From: Candidatus Poribacteria bacterium
Lineage (GTDB): Bacteria > Poribacteria > WGA-4E > PCPOR2b
Reading direction: 5' to 3'
Assembly (NCBI GenBank): GCA_965208325.1
Contig: OZ242326.1
Coordinates: forward strand, 2,016,001 to 2,080,000
Length of the DNA: 64,000 bases
The translations under genes and the position numbers were made by a program. The notes under the pieces were generated by a model. The model was not told where the DNA came from, ran no database searches, and worked only from the letters and a program-made list of their open reading frames with translations. Positions 49,372 to 59,500 of this stretch are shown here, piece after piece (the stretch's first letter is position 1; each line of letters begins with the position of its first letter).

Positions 49372-50516
49372 AGTTTTGCCAGGGTTTTCCATGCTCGATC
49401 GTAGTTTTCTAAGATTCCCTCTAAGACGATTTCTGCATCATTATTCTCCGGAGAAGCCGTGTTCTGTGCTTTCTCTTTTTCCGTAGCAGTTACTTCAGGT
49501 ATCAGTATTGCGACGATGTCGTTAGGTAGATTCACACCGTTTTTCTGTTTGAAGTCTACAACGCTTGGATATGAACGATGAAATGAGGCAATGATATCTA
49601 TCCCCATATTCTTGGCGGTTGCCAAGTCTGACTTGGCTTCCTTCCATTCTCCCAAGTGTAACAACATGTAGCCACGATGATAGTGCGCTATGGCATCATA
49701 AGGTTTCAGGATTATTCCTTTGGTAAAATCCTCAATAGCGAGGTCATATTTGCCTCTTTCCCCGTATGCCATACCGCGATTGTTATAGATTCGGACCTCG
49801 TTGGTCTTGTATTCTATAGCTTTAGTGAAATCTTTGATGGCGCAGTCAATATCCCCTTTTCTGGCGTAAGCTGCACCACGATTGTTATATGCCTCGGCAT
49901 CATCAGGTTTCAGTTTTATCACTTGACCGAAATCTTTGATGGCACGGTCGACATCACCCTTTTGTCCGTACGCTAGACCTCGATTGTAATAGGTATTGGC
50001 ATTATCAGGTTTCAGTCGAATTGCTGTGTTAAAATCTTCGATAGCATGTTCAACATCGCCTTTAATGTTGTAGGCAACACCGCGATTATTATGAACATCG
50101 GCATTATCGGGTTTCAGTTGTATTACTTTGGTGAAGTCTTTGATAGCGTGTTCAACATCGCCTTGTTGACCGTATGCTAGGCCGCGATTATAATAGGCGT
50201 GGTCATAATTGGACCACAGGTCTATCGCTTTGCTGAAATCTTCAATTGCTCTATCAATATCGCCTTTTTCACCGTGAGCGACGCCGCGATTGTTATAGGC
50301 TTTGGCGTCATTGGGATTGAGCGTTATCGCTCCGGTACAGTGTTCGATTTCACGGTCAATCTCACCCAATCGGCCAGAATCAATTTGGCACATGCGATGT
50401 TCCTCAACGCCGTCTAACGTTGAGGTTACTTTTTTGATGCCACCCTTAATATTCCTATCGGGTCTTCCCACGTAATGGTAGTCAAAACCGGCAGACGTTA
50501 AGTTCAGTTGAGGCAT
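49368..50516 (-). CDS. TPR protein with antitoxin-like C-terminal helix
   Basis: About seven TPRs; GAGGAG RBS; ends ILENYDRAWKTLAKL. Confidence 0.85.
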   Translation of the reverse strand: MPQLNLTSAGFDYHYVGRPDRNIKGGIKKVTSTLDGVEEHRMCQIDSGRLGEIDREIEHCTGAITLNPNDAKAYNNRGVAHGEKGDIDRAIEDFSKAIDLWSNYDHAYYNRGLAYGQQGDVEHAIKDFTKVIQLKPDNADVHNNRGVAYNIKGDVEHAIEDFNTAIRLKPDNANTYYNRGLAYGQKGDVDRAIKDFGQVIKLKPDDAEAYNNRGAAYARKGDIDCAIKDFTKAIEYKTNEVRIYNNRGMAYGERGKYDLAIEDFTKGIILKPYDAIAHYHRGYMLLHLGEWKEAKSDLATAKNMGIDIIASFHRSYPSVVDFKQKNGVNLPNDIVAILIPEVTATEKEKAQNTASPENNDAEIVLEGILENYDRAWKTLAKL

Positions 50517-50866
50517 AGCTCTTTCTCCTCAAAAATTTCACACACTGTACAGGCAAATAAAACTAATCCGCCGCTATTCGTTTGTGCGGTGGAGGTATGG
50601 CGATAATCATTTTGGGATTTAAAACGACGCAAGTCAATCCTATTGTTGACAATCCTACTGATTCAGTCAGTCTAAGCTATGATGATTGAGAAAGACCGAT
50701 TCCCCAAAGTTCACACTGAGAACTTTTCGATTGAATCGACTGTGGAAATCTGATAAGATTCAGACGGCACTATTGAGCAAATTATACGCCCCGTCCCTGA
50801 AATCGTCAAGGGAAAGTAGGGGAACGCGGGCGTTACATCTTAATCAGCGTGAGGCTAGGCAAACAG

Positions 50867-51643
50867 ATGACAGCGCATATAACGGCGACACACGAAATTG
50901 AATCGGCGATTCACCACTTGGACACGTATGGCTATTGCATTCTCACGAGCCGAATGCCGGTGGATGTTGCCGGTGAGATTGCCGAACGCTGCTTGGAGAT
51001 GCAGGACGACCCGCAGTACCAAGCCTACAACTCCGGAAATCCCAATGAAAGCACGACAATGTCGGGTATGTACAACTTGGATGATCGGGTGTGGCAATTC
51101 TTGACTCACCCGGACGTGCTAGCGATTGCATACCACTTCCTCGGCTCGGATTGCCGGGTTACCGAGGTATGCGCCAAGCCGATTTGGCCCGGGTCGCTTG
51201 GATACGGTCTGCACGTCGATGAAGCCAATTTTTTTCACAAGGTACCGAACGTTCCGTGGCTAATTAACACCATGTGGATGCTCACCGATTTCACGGAGAA
51301 AAATGGCGCCACTGCAGTTGTTCCGATGAGCCACAAATGCCATTTTAAGCAACAGCCGACTGAAATTCCGTTTGAGAGTCCACTTGTGAAAATCGCTACC
51401 GGTCAGCCGGGTTCAGTGCTTCTGTGGCACGGCGGCACACTCCATACTGCTACGCCCAACACGGGAGATGGGGTTCGCGTGGGACTAAATATCGCGTATC
51501 ACGCACGATGGTTCAATCATTACGTCAATACTCACATTGAACCAATCTGGGCTGAGACATACGTACGTATGCCGCCGGAGATGCAAAAACTTTTTACCTT
51601 GCGGCGCGGCAGGACAAAATCTGAAATTTATGAGGTGGGCTAG
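50867..51643 (+). CDS. PhyH family dioxygenase
   Basis: LHVD (HxD), WMLTDFTEKNGAT.VVP.SH and GSVLLW.G..LH motifs. Confidence 0.88.
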   Translation: MTAHITATHEIESAIHHLDTYGYCILTSRMPVDVAGEIAERCLEMQDDPQYQAYNSGNPNESTTMSGMYNLDDRVWQFLTHPDVLAIAYHFLGSDCRVTEVCAKPIWPGSLGYGLHVDEANFFHKVPNVPWLINTMWMLTDFTEKNGATAVVPMSHKCHFKQQPTEIPFESPLVKIATGQPGSVLLWHGGTLHTATPNTGDGVRVGLNIAYHARWFNHYVNTHIEPIWAETYVRMPPEMQKLFTLRRGRTKSEIYEVG

Positions 51644-51747
51644 ATTCCGCATACTTTCGGATTCACAGGGATTTGCAATTTCAGAAGGTTGGCGCGAAAT
51701 AATTTTTGGATTCCTCCGCAGTTGGCGCGATTGTGTGTTTTCTATGC

Positions 51748-51777
51748 TTGACACATTTTCGAGAAATATGGTATATT
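51748..51777 (+). promoter_or_regulatory. Putative rpsB promoter
   Basis: TTGACA-N18-TATATT with TG extension. Confidence 0.6.
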
Positions 51778-51807
51778 TTGTGTTTTGCGTGGTCTTTAAC
51801 AATAAGC

Positions 51808-51885
51808 GCACTTCCTAATTTCACAATGGGTGCTCAGTTTTTTTCGGAGTTGGATGTGAACGCGAGGGAAGTGTAAGAAAAACCC
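51808..51885 (+). promoter_or_regulatory. Putative rpsB leader (S2 autoregulatory RNA structure)
   Basis: Stems gcacttcc/ggaagtgt and ttcaca/tgtgaa; loop GGGT complementary to downstream ACCC, as in known rpsB leader pseudoknots. Confidence 0.6.
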
Positions 51886-51904
51886 AAAGATTAAGGAGGA
51901 TTTT

Positions 51905-52693
51905 TTGACAGTTACAATGAAAGAACTCCTGGAAGCAGGGGTTCATTTTGGCCATCAGACACGACGCTGGAATCCCAAAATGGCAAAGTACATATTTGCC
52001 GAACGAAATGGGATTTACATCATCGATCTTCAAAAAACCTTGGCATTGCTCAAAAAGGCGTGTGAATTCCTGCAGGAAGTTGCTGCCGGCGGCGGCGCGG
52101 TGTTATTTGTCGGCACCAAAAAGCAATCTCAGGAAACCGTGGTGGAAGAAGCCACGAGATGTAAAATGTTCTATGTTAACCATCGCTGGTTAGGCGGCAT
52201 GCTTACAAATTTTGAAACTATTAGGCGCAGCAGTGACCGATTGAAAAAACTTGAAACTGATGAGGAGAGCGGTCAATTTGAGAAACTCCCGAAAAAGGAA
52301 GCTATGCAGTTAAGGCGTGAGAAGATTAAGCTGAACAATAACCTCGCGGGAATCAAGACAATGGGGCGCCTTCCCGAAGCTGTGATTGTCACCGATGTCC
52401 GCAAGGAACAGACGGCCGTCCGGGAAGCGAATAAGCTTGGCGTTCCGGTGATTGCAATAGTTGATACGAACTGGGATCCAGACCCGGTTGATTTTCCAAT
52501 TCCTGGGAATGACGACGCCATTCGCGCAATTAAGCTAATCTGTTCTGTCCTCGCTAGCGCGATTATCGAAGGACGAGGGGATGCCTTGCAGGGTGCGGAT
52601 GACATAGAAATGCCGCAGCCGGAAGACGCGGCACCTACGCCAACGAGCGATGAGAAAGCTGAAGAGGAAACATCGCAACCAGACGGAGAATGA
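51905..52693 (+). CDS. rpsB: 30S ribosomal protein S2
   Basis: [28 protein letters not shown] and IPGNDDAIR motifs. Confidence 0.99.
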   Translation: MTVTMKELLEAGVHFGHQTRRWNPKMAKYIFAERNGIYIIDLQKTLALLKKACEFLQEVAAGGGAVLFVGTKKQSQETVVEEATRCKMFYVNHRWLGGMLTNFETIRRSSDRLKKLETDEESGQFEKLPKKEAMQLRREKIKLNNNLAGIKTMGRLPEAVIVTDVRKEQTAVREANKLGVPVIAIVDTNWDPDPVDFPIPGNDDAIRAIKLICSVLASAIIEGRGDALQGADDIEMPQPEDAAPTPTSDEKAEEETSQPDGE

Positions 52694-52827
52694 TAAATTA
52701 CACTTCCTGGCTGGACTCACCTCGTTGGATAAGATAACTTCTCGAAAGACACCCCAGATAGAAAAGCAAGCCGATTCAAAGCTTGGCAATGGTTTCTGTC
52801 AAAACCGAACGGAGGATTAAAAATTTA

Positions 52828-53427
52828 ATGAATATTACCGCAAAAATGGTCAGTGAGTTGCGTGCGCGTACGAGCGCCGGGATTATGGATTGTAAGCAAG
52901 CCTTAATAAAATCTAACGGCGACCTAGAAGCTGCTATTCAATACTTACGGGAAAAAGGGCTGAAAGCGACGGAACTAAAGAGCGCGCGCACGGCATCTGA
53001 GGGACTCATCGTATCATACATACATCCCGGCAACAGAATCGGCTCACTGGTTGAACTGAACTGTGAAACTGATTTCGTCGCACGGACGGAACAATTCCAG
53101 AAACTGGCAAAGGACATTGCGATGCAGGTGGCAGCATCCAAACCGAAGTACGTTAGCAAAGCGGATGTTCCGGAAAGCGCTTTGGAATCCGAAAAAGTAA
53201 TTCTGAGAAAACAGGCTATGGATGAAGGCAAGCCGGAACACATCGCTGACAAAATAGTTGAAGGACGGATTTCAAAGTTCTATTCCGAAGTTTGCTTGCT
53301 AGAACAGCCTTACATTCGGGACACCGATAAAAGTGTCAGGCAACTTATCCAAGAAGGCGTAGCGCAACTTGGAGAGAACATTGTAGTTGGGCGATTTACA
53401 CTTTATGTGTTGGCGCAGAGTGAATAA
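52828..53427 (+). CDS. tsf: Elongation factor Ts (short form)
   Basis: ELR.RT.AG.MDCK, ELNCETDFVA and CLLEQ motifs; GGAGG RBS. Confidence 0.98.
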   Translation: MNITAKMVSELRARTSAGIMDCKQALIKSNGDLEAAIQYLREKGLKATELKSARTASEGLIVSYIHPGNRIGSLVELNCETDFVARTEQFQKLAKDIAMQVAASKPKYVSKADVPESALESEKVILRKQAMDEGKPEHIADKIVEGRISKFYSEVCLLEQPYIRDTDKSVRQLIQEGVAQLGENIVVGRFTLYVLAQSE

Positions 53428-53643
53428 ACATACCGGACGAGTATGGCGCCTTGACACGGGTGTTTTTGTTCAATCCGAAGCGTTGGCGGCGGCGCATCGC
53501 CACGCTGGCTGAATGTAAATGCCTAAAGCGTGTTGGTAACCGGCACGGTGAATATTATGTAGATTTTATGATTTGTGCATAGGATGTACCAGCCTTCTTA
53601 GATAACGTGCTGAAATAGCATCCTTAAGATGAGGAGTTTCCAC

Positions 53644-54228
53644 ATGTCTGAAACGATTATTCGTAATGCAGAGATGCGAATGAAAAAAGCGGTAGAGTCC
53701 ACGGCAAATAATTTTGCACGGGTACAGACAGGGAGAGCTTCCCCCTCGTTGTTGGACGGTGTGTTTGTCGAATATTACGGAACGAAGAATCCCATAAATC
53801 AGGTTGCAACTATCACGGCGCCCGAACCCCGCGTTATTATGATCCAACCTTGGGATAAGACGGTTAGCAAGGAGATTGAAAAGGCGATATCCCGATCGGA
53901 TTTGGGTTTGAATCCGAATAGTGACGGCAATGTTATCCGTATACAAGTGCCTGAACTGACAACGGAGCGGCGAAAAGAGCTGGCGAAATATGTCAGCAAG
54001 TTAGCTGAAGACGGCCGCATCGCAATTAGGAATATTCGGCGTGATGCGAATGACGCCATTAAAAAGCTCGACAAATCGGACGCTACATCGAAAGGCAGGA
54101 AGGGAAAAGAAAGGGGCGGGGAAAAGAGAAAAGGCGACGATGATCCGGTGCAAAAGATAACGGATAAGTATATTGATCAGATTAGCCAGCTACTGAAATC
54201 GAAAGAAGTGGAACTCATGGAGTTGTAG
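53644..54228 (+). CDS. frr: Ribosome recycling factor
   Basis: TGRA.P.LLD, DLGLNP, P.LT.ERRKEL and IRNIRRDA motifs. Confidence 0.97.
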   Translation: MSETIIRNAEMRMKKAVESTANNFARVQTGRASPSLLDGVFVEYYGTKNPINQVATITAPEPRVIMIQPWDKTVSKEIEKAISRSDLGLNPNSDGNVIRIQVPELTTERRKELAKYVSKLAEDGRIAIRNIRRDANDAIKKLDKSDATSKGRKGKERGGEKRKGDDDPVQKITDKYIDQISQLLKSKEVELMEL

Positions 54229-54471
54229 GCATCTCGCCTTAACGCTACCTTGATGTGCGTCGCCCACACGGATGAAAGTCTGAATTCACAATTCTGTAGA
54301 GGAACGTTCCCCTCGTGTAGAACCAGAATCAAACTAAGCGATTTTTTAAACCTAAGATGTAACGTGCAAAGATAGGTCAGTTGGAATTTGTGCATGGGTG
54401 CATATTCCGGCCGATTCGTTCTGTTATGACCGCATGACTCACTTTTCCCATGACTGTACCGTCCCTAACCG

Positions 54472-55293
54472 ATGTTCTGGAAGCGAGCAGTCAGTTGCGC
54501 CATCCTAATCCCTATCGTCATCTTCGCTGTTCAGTGGAGCGATCCCCGTCTTTATTTCGCTCTGGTAATCGGCGTAACGTTCCTCATGCTGGTCGAATTC
54601 AGCCGATTATGCAAGTCAATCGGTTTGACAGAGATTCGGGTTGCTGTCGTAGCATCAGGAATCCTATTTTGTGCGTCAGCACTCATTGACCGTCTTGCCG
54701 TTGAATTTGTTCTCGCCCTTACGCTTTTTTTAGCCTTCGCCTTCCAAATTCTTCATCGCCAAATTAACAGCGCATTCATGGCAATAACGACCACCATAAC
54801 GGGTGCGGTTTATATCGGCTGGATGTTTGGGTATCATCTGATATTGCTGCGAAAATTAAACGATTCTTCGGGCGAGTCAGTTGGCAGCGAATTAATTTTA
54901 TTCCTAGTTGTAGTTACGTGGTGCGGTGACACAGCCGCCTATATCTTGGGAAGATGGTTGGGCAAACACAAATTGATTCCCCAAATCAGTCCTGGAAAAA
55001 CGGTTGAAGGCACCATTGCCGGCTTGTGTATTGGCGCAATTGGCGGTCTTGTTATTTGGCATTTATTGCTTGAAGAGATGTTCGGTCCTGTGCACGCATT
55101 GGGTCTTGGAATACTGCTAGGAATTGTGAGCCAAATCAGCGACTTAAGCGAATCAATTGTCAAACGTACCGCTGATGCCAAAGATTCAGGTACCCTGATA
55201 CCAGGGCATGGCGGATTTCTTGATCGCTGTGACAGTTTGATTTTTTCCGCCCCAACCCTTTATTACTACTTTCAATATGCCATCCACGCTTGA
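54472..55293 (+). CDS. cdsA: Phosphatidate cytidylyltransferase
   Basis: DTAAY, ISPGKTVEG and KDSG.LIPGHGGFLDR.DS motifs. Confidence 0.95.
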   Translation: MFWKRAVSCAILIPIVIFAVQWSDPRLYFALVIGVTFLMLVEFSRLCKSIGLTEIRVAVVASGILFCASALIDRLAVEFVLALTLFLAFAFQILHRQINSAFMAITTTITGAVYIGWMFGYHLILLRKLNDSSGESVGSELILFLVVVTWCGDTAAYILGRWLGKHKLIPQISPGKTVEGTIAGLCIGAIGGLVIWHLLLEEMFGPVHALGLGILLGIVSQISDLSESIVKRTADAKDSGTLIPGHGGFLDRCDSLIFSAPTLYYYFQYAIHA

Positions 55294-55307
55294 TTGGTAG
55301 GTTCGAT

Positions 55308-56486
55308 ATGAAACGCTTGGCGATTCTAGGTTCAACGGGGTCAATTGGAAAAAGTGCGCTCTCCGTTGTCCAAACCCATCCTGGCAAGTTCACGATTGCT
55401 GGACTTGCTGCTAATACTTCGGTTGACCTACTAGAACAGCAGATTCGCCAATTTCGCCCTAGACTTGCGGCATTAAACGATAGTGACACCGCTAATCAGC
55501 TTCGGGAACGCTTGACGGACTTGAAATCTGTTGAAGTGCTTTCAGGTAAAGAAGGGGTGTTAGCGATAGCGAGGATGGAGGAAGTCGACTTGGTTATCGA
55601 GGCCATCGGAGGGAGCGCAGGATTGCTGCCGACGTTGGAAGCGATTCAAACTGGCAAGGATTTGGCGTTCGTCAACAAAGAAGTGTTAGTCATGTGCGGT
55701 TCTTTGGTTATGAGTGCGGTCGAAGAGTATGGTGTCAATCTGTTGCCTGTCGATAGCGAAATTAGCGCGATTCTCCAATGCCTTGCTGGTAGGCTAAGCG
55801 ATAATCCACAAGAACGCAACCAGATTAATCGCCTCATTCTAACAGCTTCCGGCGGCCCATTCCGCCAAACACCTCTAGATCAACTCCATTCCGTGACGCC
55901 CCAACAGGCACTGAAGCATCCCACGTGGAACATGGGGAATAAAATCACGATTGACTCGGCAACGATGATGAACAAGGGACTGGAAGTCATCGAAGCGAGA
56001 TGGTTATTTGACATAGAACCGTCACAGATTGATGTGATAGTTCAGCCGGAAAGTATCATCCATTCAATGGTCGAATTTGTGGATGGCTCCTACCTAGCTC
56101 AACTGAGCGTCGCCGATATGCGGGTTCCGATCCAATACGCTTTAACTTATCCCCGCCATCTGCCGACCCCTGCTCCGAATCTTGACCTTGCTCAAATCCG
56201 CAAACTACATTTCGAACCTGTTGATTTCGAGAAGTTTCCCTGCCTGTCGCACGCTTATACTGCCGCCAAAGTTGGCGGGACACTGCCCACCGTTCTTAGC
56301 AGCGCCGATGAGGTTGCGGTCAGTGCTTTTCTAAATGAGCACATCGGGTTTATGGACATACCGACGATTATTGAAACTGTCATGAATCAACATGACGTAG
56401 AACTTGAACCGAACCTCAATGATATTCTAGCTGCCGACCGGTGGGCAAAATCCACCGCCCATCAGTTAATCCAGAGCCTGTATTAA
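55308..56486 (+). CDS. dxr: 1-deoxy-D-xylulose 5-phosphate reductoisomerase
   Basis: LGSTGSIG, LPVDSE, LTASGGPF and HPTW.MG.KITIDSATMMNKGLE motifs. Confidence 0.97.
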   Translation: MKRLAILGSTGSIGKSALSVVQTHPGKFTIAGLAANTSVDLLEQQIRQFRPRLAALNDSDTANQLRERLTDLKSVEVLSGKEGVLAIARMEEVDLVIEAIGGSAGLLPTLEAIQTGKDLAFVNKEVLVMCGSLVMSAVEEYGVNLLPVDSEISAILQCLAGRLSDNPQERNQINRLILTASGGPFRQTPLDQLHSVTPQQALKHPTWNMGNKITIDSATMMNKGLEVIEARWLFDIEPSQIDVIVQPESIIHSMVEFVDGSYLAQLSVADMRVPIQYALTYPRHLPTPAPNLDLAQIRKLHFEPVDFEKFPCLSHAYTAAKVGGTLPTVLSSADEVAVSAFLNEHIGFMDIPTIIETVMNQHDVELEPNLNDILAADRWAKSTAHQLIQSLY

Positions 56487-56531
56487 GTTCTGTTGTCGAT
56501 AGCGTGCATGCTTTGCGACAGTGTGATTAAA

Positions 56532-59500
56532 TCATTCCCCGCTGCTGCCACTGCCAGTACGCCGAGGAATGCCCTGTGATTTCATGTAGGATGTGATTGA
56601 CGCGATTTGCTGTTGAGCTCGCCTTAACACTTTGTTGACCTGCGGACTTACCGGAGGTTCTATCTCGTATTTTTTCCAGAGCTTGTCAAACCAATCGAGT
56701 GCATCGTTGTAATAGTTATCGTCTTGGTCAGCCAACACCATGTAAGCTTCCCCGATTTGGGCAAGAGAGAGATCTCCGTATTTGGTGTTGGGATAAGCAT
56801 TGATGATTTCGTTGAATTCAGCAATTACTTTTTCAAGCGCCGGCTTTTGAGCATCACCACGTGTCCCCTTTGCTTTGTCAAAATTATCACTGGTTTGAAT
56901 ATAGAATGAACTTGCGAGCGCCGTTTCCGTTTCCACCAGATATCCTGAAGCAGTATTTTTGGAATCCTGATCGATACCCGGCACTTTCAATGCCCGGCGG
57001 TATTGCTCGACAGCCAAGTCGTAGAGACGGATGCGCTCGGCATTTTCCATATCTTGTACCGAACCTTGGTTAAAATAATCGTTTCCGAGGTTGATGAACG
57101 CTTGAGCGGCGTAGGGGGTATCTGGGTAGTTCTTTGCGAGAATCTCGTTTATATCAAAGATTTTCGCATTCCATTTTTCCTTCATTTCCGCATCGTCCCC
57201 CGCGTCTTCAGCCAAACGTGAATAACTGGCAGAAATCGCGTTAAGCGATTCGGCTGCTTTTTCATGCTGCGGACTCAAGCCGCGGACTTTTCCATACTCA
57301 TCAATTGCCTTCAGGAACTTCTGAGCGGCGAAGTAAGATTCTCCTGCCTGATATTGCCACAATGGCGCATCCCCTGCATTTGGGAAGCGGCGAACCAGTT
57401 CTTTGAACGAAGGCACGGCTCGTTCAAAGTAGGCTACGGTTTGATCGGAATATTCAGCATCCAGCCCGAGTTGAATTCGACCGAGTTCAAAATAGGCGGA
57501 TCCAATGTATGTCAATGCAGTCATGATATTGTCCGTCAATTCATTCGAGGCTGGAAAAATCCCTTTATCGACATAGTCCATGAAGAGCGTCAACGCATCG
57601 GTTGCCGTTTCAAGATCGACTTTTGGCTCTTCCGTCAGTTTAATCTGAGAACCAATCGAATAGGAAATCTGACCTGCTTGGAAAAGCGCATTTTGGACAA
57701 ACGGAATCACTGCCTTCTCAGCATTTTCAATCGGCGCAGCGATTTCATGGACTTTCAAGTAAGTCGCAGCAGCTTCTCGGCTTCCAAGGATATACGGTTT
57801 CATATCGGCGCCCACTTGATCTGAAAAGAGCTGATACGCCCTGTCGAAATATAAGAAACCAAGATTATACTGGGCGGACACTTTCTGCGGTACCGTTTGG
57901 GCAGCCTGCCGCGCCATCTCAGCCTGAGCGATTGCCTCGTCTAATCGACCCAATTTCACATACAGGTCCGATTTACGAATTCCAGCGTCTGCCACCATTG
58001 CTTGAATGTTTTTGTCGGATTCATTGGCAAAATCGGTCGTAACAACCTCATATGCCTGTAATGCGTTTTCAAGCTCGGTTAGCTTCGTTTCATAAATCAA
58101 CCCTGAACGATAGTACGACTGTGCTTTAACGAGTGCATCGCCTACCAATTGAACGGCGTTCTGGTAGTTGAGCAAAGCATCACTATACTGTTGCAGATGC
58201 GCGTCTTGCGCATAAGCCATTGCGAAATAAGAGCGCCCCTTGCGGTCAGCGTCATCCGTATTTTGGATAACATGCTGATATTCTTCGACAGCGGCGGCAT
58301 GATTTCCGACAGACGTATTCAATTCCGCAAGCCGAGTGTGAGCTTGATGGATTAAACTCTGACGCGCCTCATCTTCAGTTTGTCCTTCATACGCGGTTGT
58401 TTTCTGGAAGGCTTCGATTGCCCCCATCGAATCATCCAAACCAAATCTTGCAAGCCCCAAAGTGTAGTAGGCACTAATCATGGCATCAACACCGGGATTT
58501 GTCTCGACTGCTTGCATAGCATAATTGGCAGAATTTTGGAATGACAATTTTTTGGTGCCATCGTCCGAAGCGTCTTGCCCTAACTGATAATAACATACCG
58601 CGATTTGGTACAACGCATTTTTCAAAAGTTCATTGCCTGGGAACATCTCAACGAACATTTGGTATTCGGGAATTGCTTTTTCATACTCCTTAGCACTGTA
58701 AAGCGAATGTCCAACCTTTAACTGTGCGCGTGAGCGAGCGTCTTCGGGCGCTGCCGTATTATTTGCAATGCGCTTGAGACTCGCTAGGTGCGCAGCCATA
58801 TCCTCTTCGGATTCAATACCTTGCTGTTCGATTGCAGTGGCTTTTACGAGGTCTATATGACCTAGCGTCTTTCTAATTTTGTCGTCGTCGCTGTTCCCGT
58901 ATTTGGCAGCGGCGAGGTCGGCGACTTCAAGTACATTCGGCCACAAAGAGGCATCACCCTGTTTAGCCAAATCGCGATAAGCGAGGACAAGGCCATAGTA
59001 ACCCTCAATAGCATTTGGGCTGTCACCGTATTGCTCAATGACTTTTTGGAATGCAACGACGGATTTTTCTAGTAAGGCTGAATCGTCGTCCGCCGCTTTA
59101 TAGTAACAAAGCCCAATCAGGTATTGCGCGTCGTCTGCATATTCACCCTCTGGGTTTCTAGCAACAATACTTTCGTATTGAACAGCAGCTTCAGCGAATC
59201 GTCCTTCGGAACGCAGCAGGTCAGCCAGCTTAATCTCGGCTAGTGAGCGGTTATCTGGGCTCAACGAGTCAAGAATTGATTGGTATGCTGCCACAGCTTG
59301 CGACGGATTGCCTTCCCTGACGTGGCTTTGTGCGATTAATAACTGTGCCCGCTCGTAATTTTCACTACCGGACGGGATGGATGCGTAGAGTGCACGCGCA
59401 TCGTTCCACTGATCCAGTTTTTCATGCGCAAGTGCTTGGTTCATTTTGCAAGCCTCAACCTGCTGTGGACGTTCCGCAAAGTCGTCATAGCGGCCATCTT

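Noticed and set aside
50646..50680. Promoter from TTGACA at 50646
   Set aside because: No convincing -10 box at 16-18 nt spacing.
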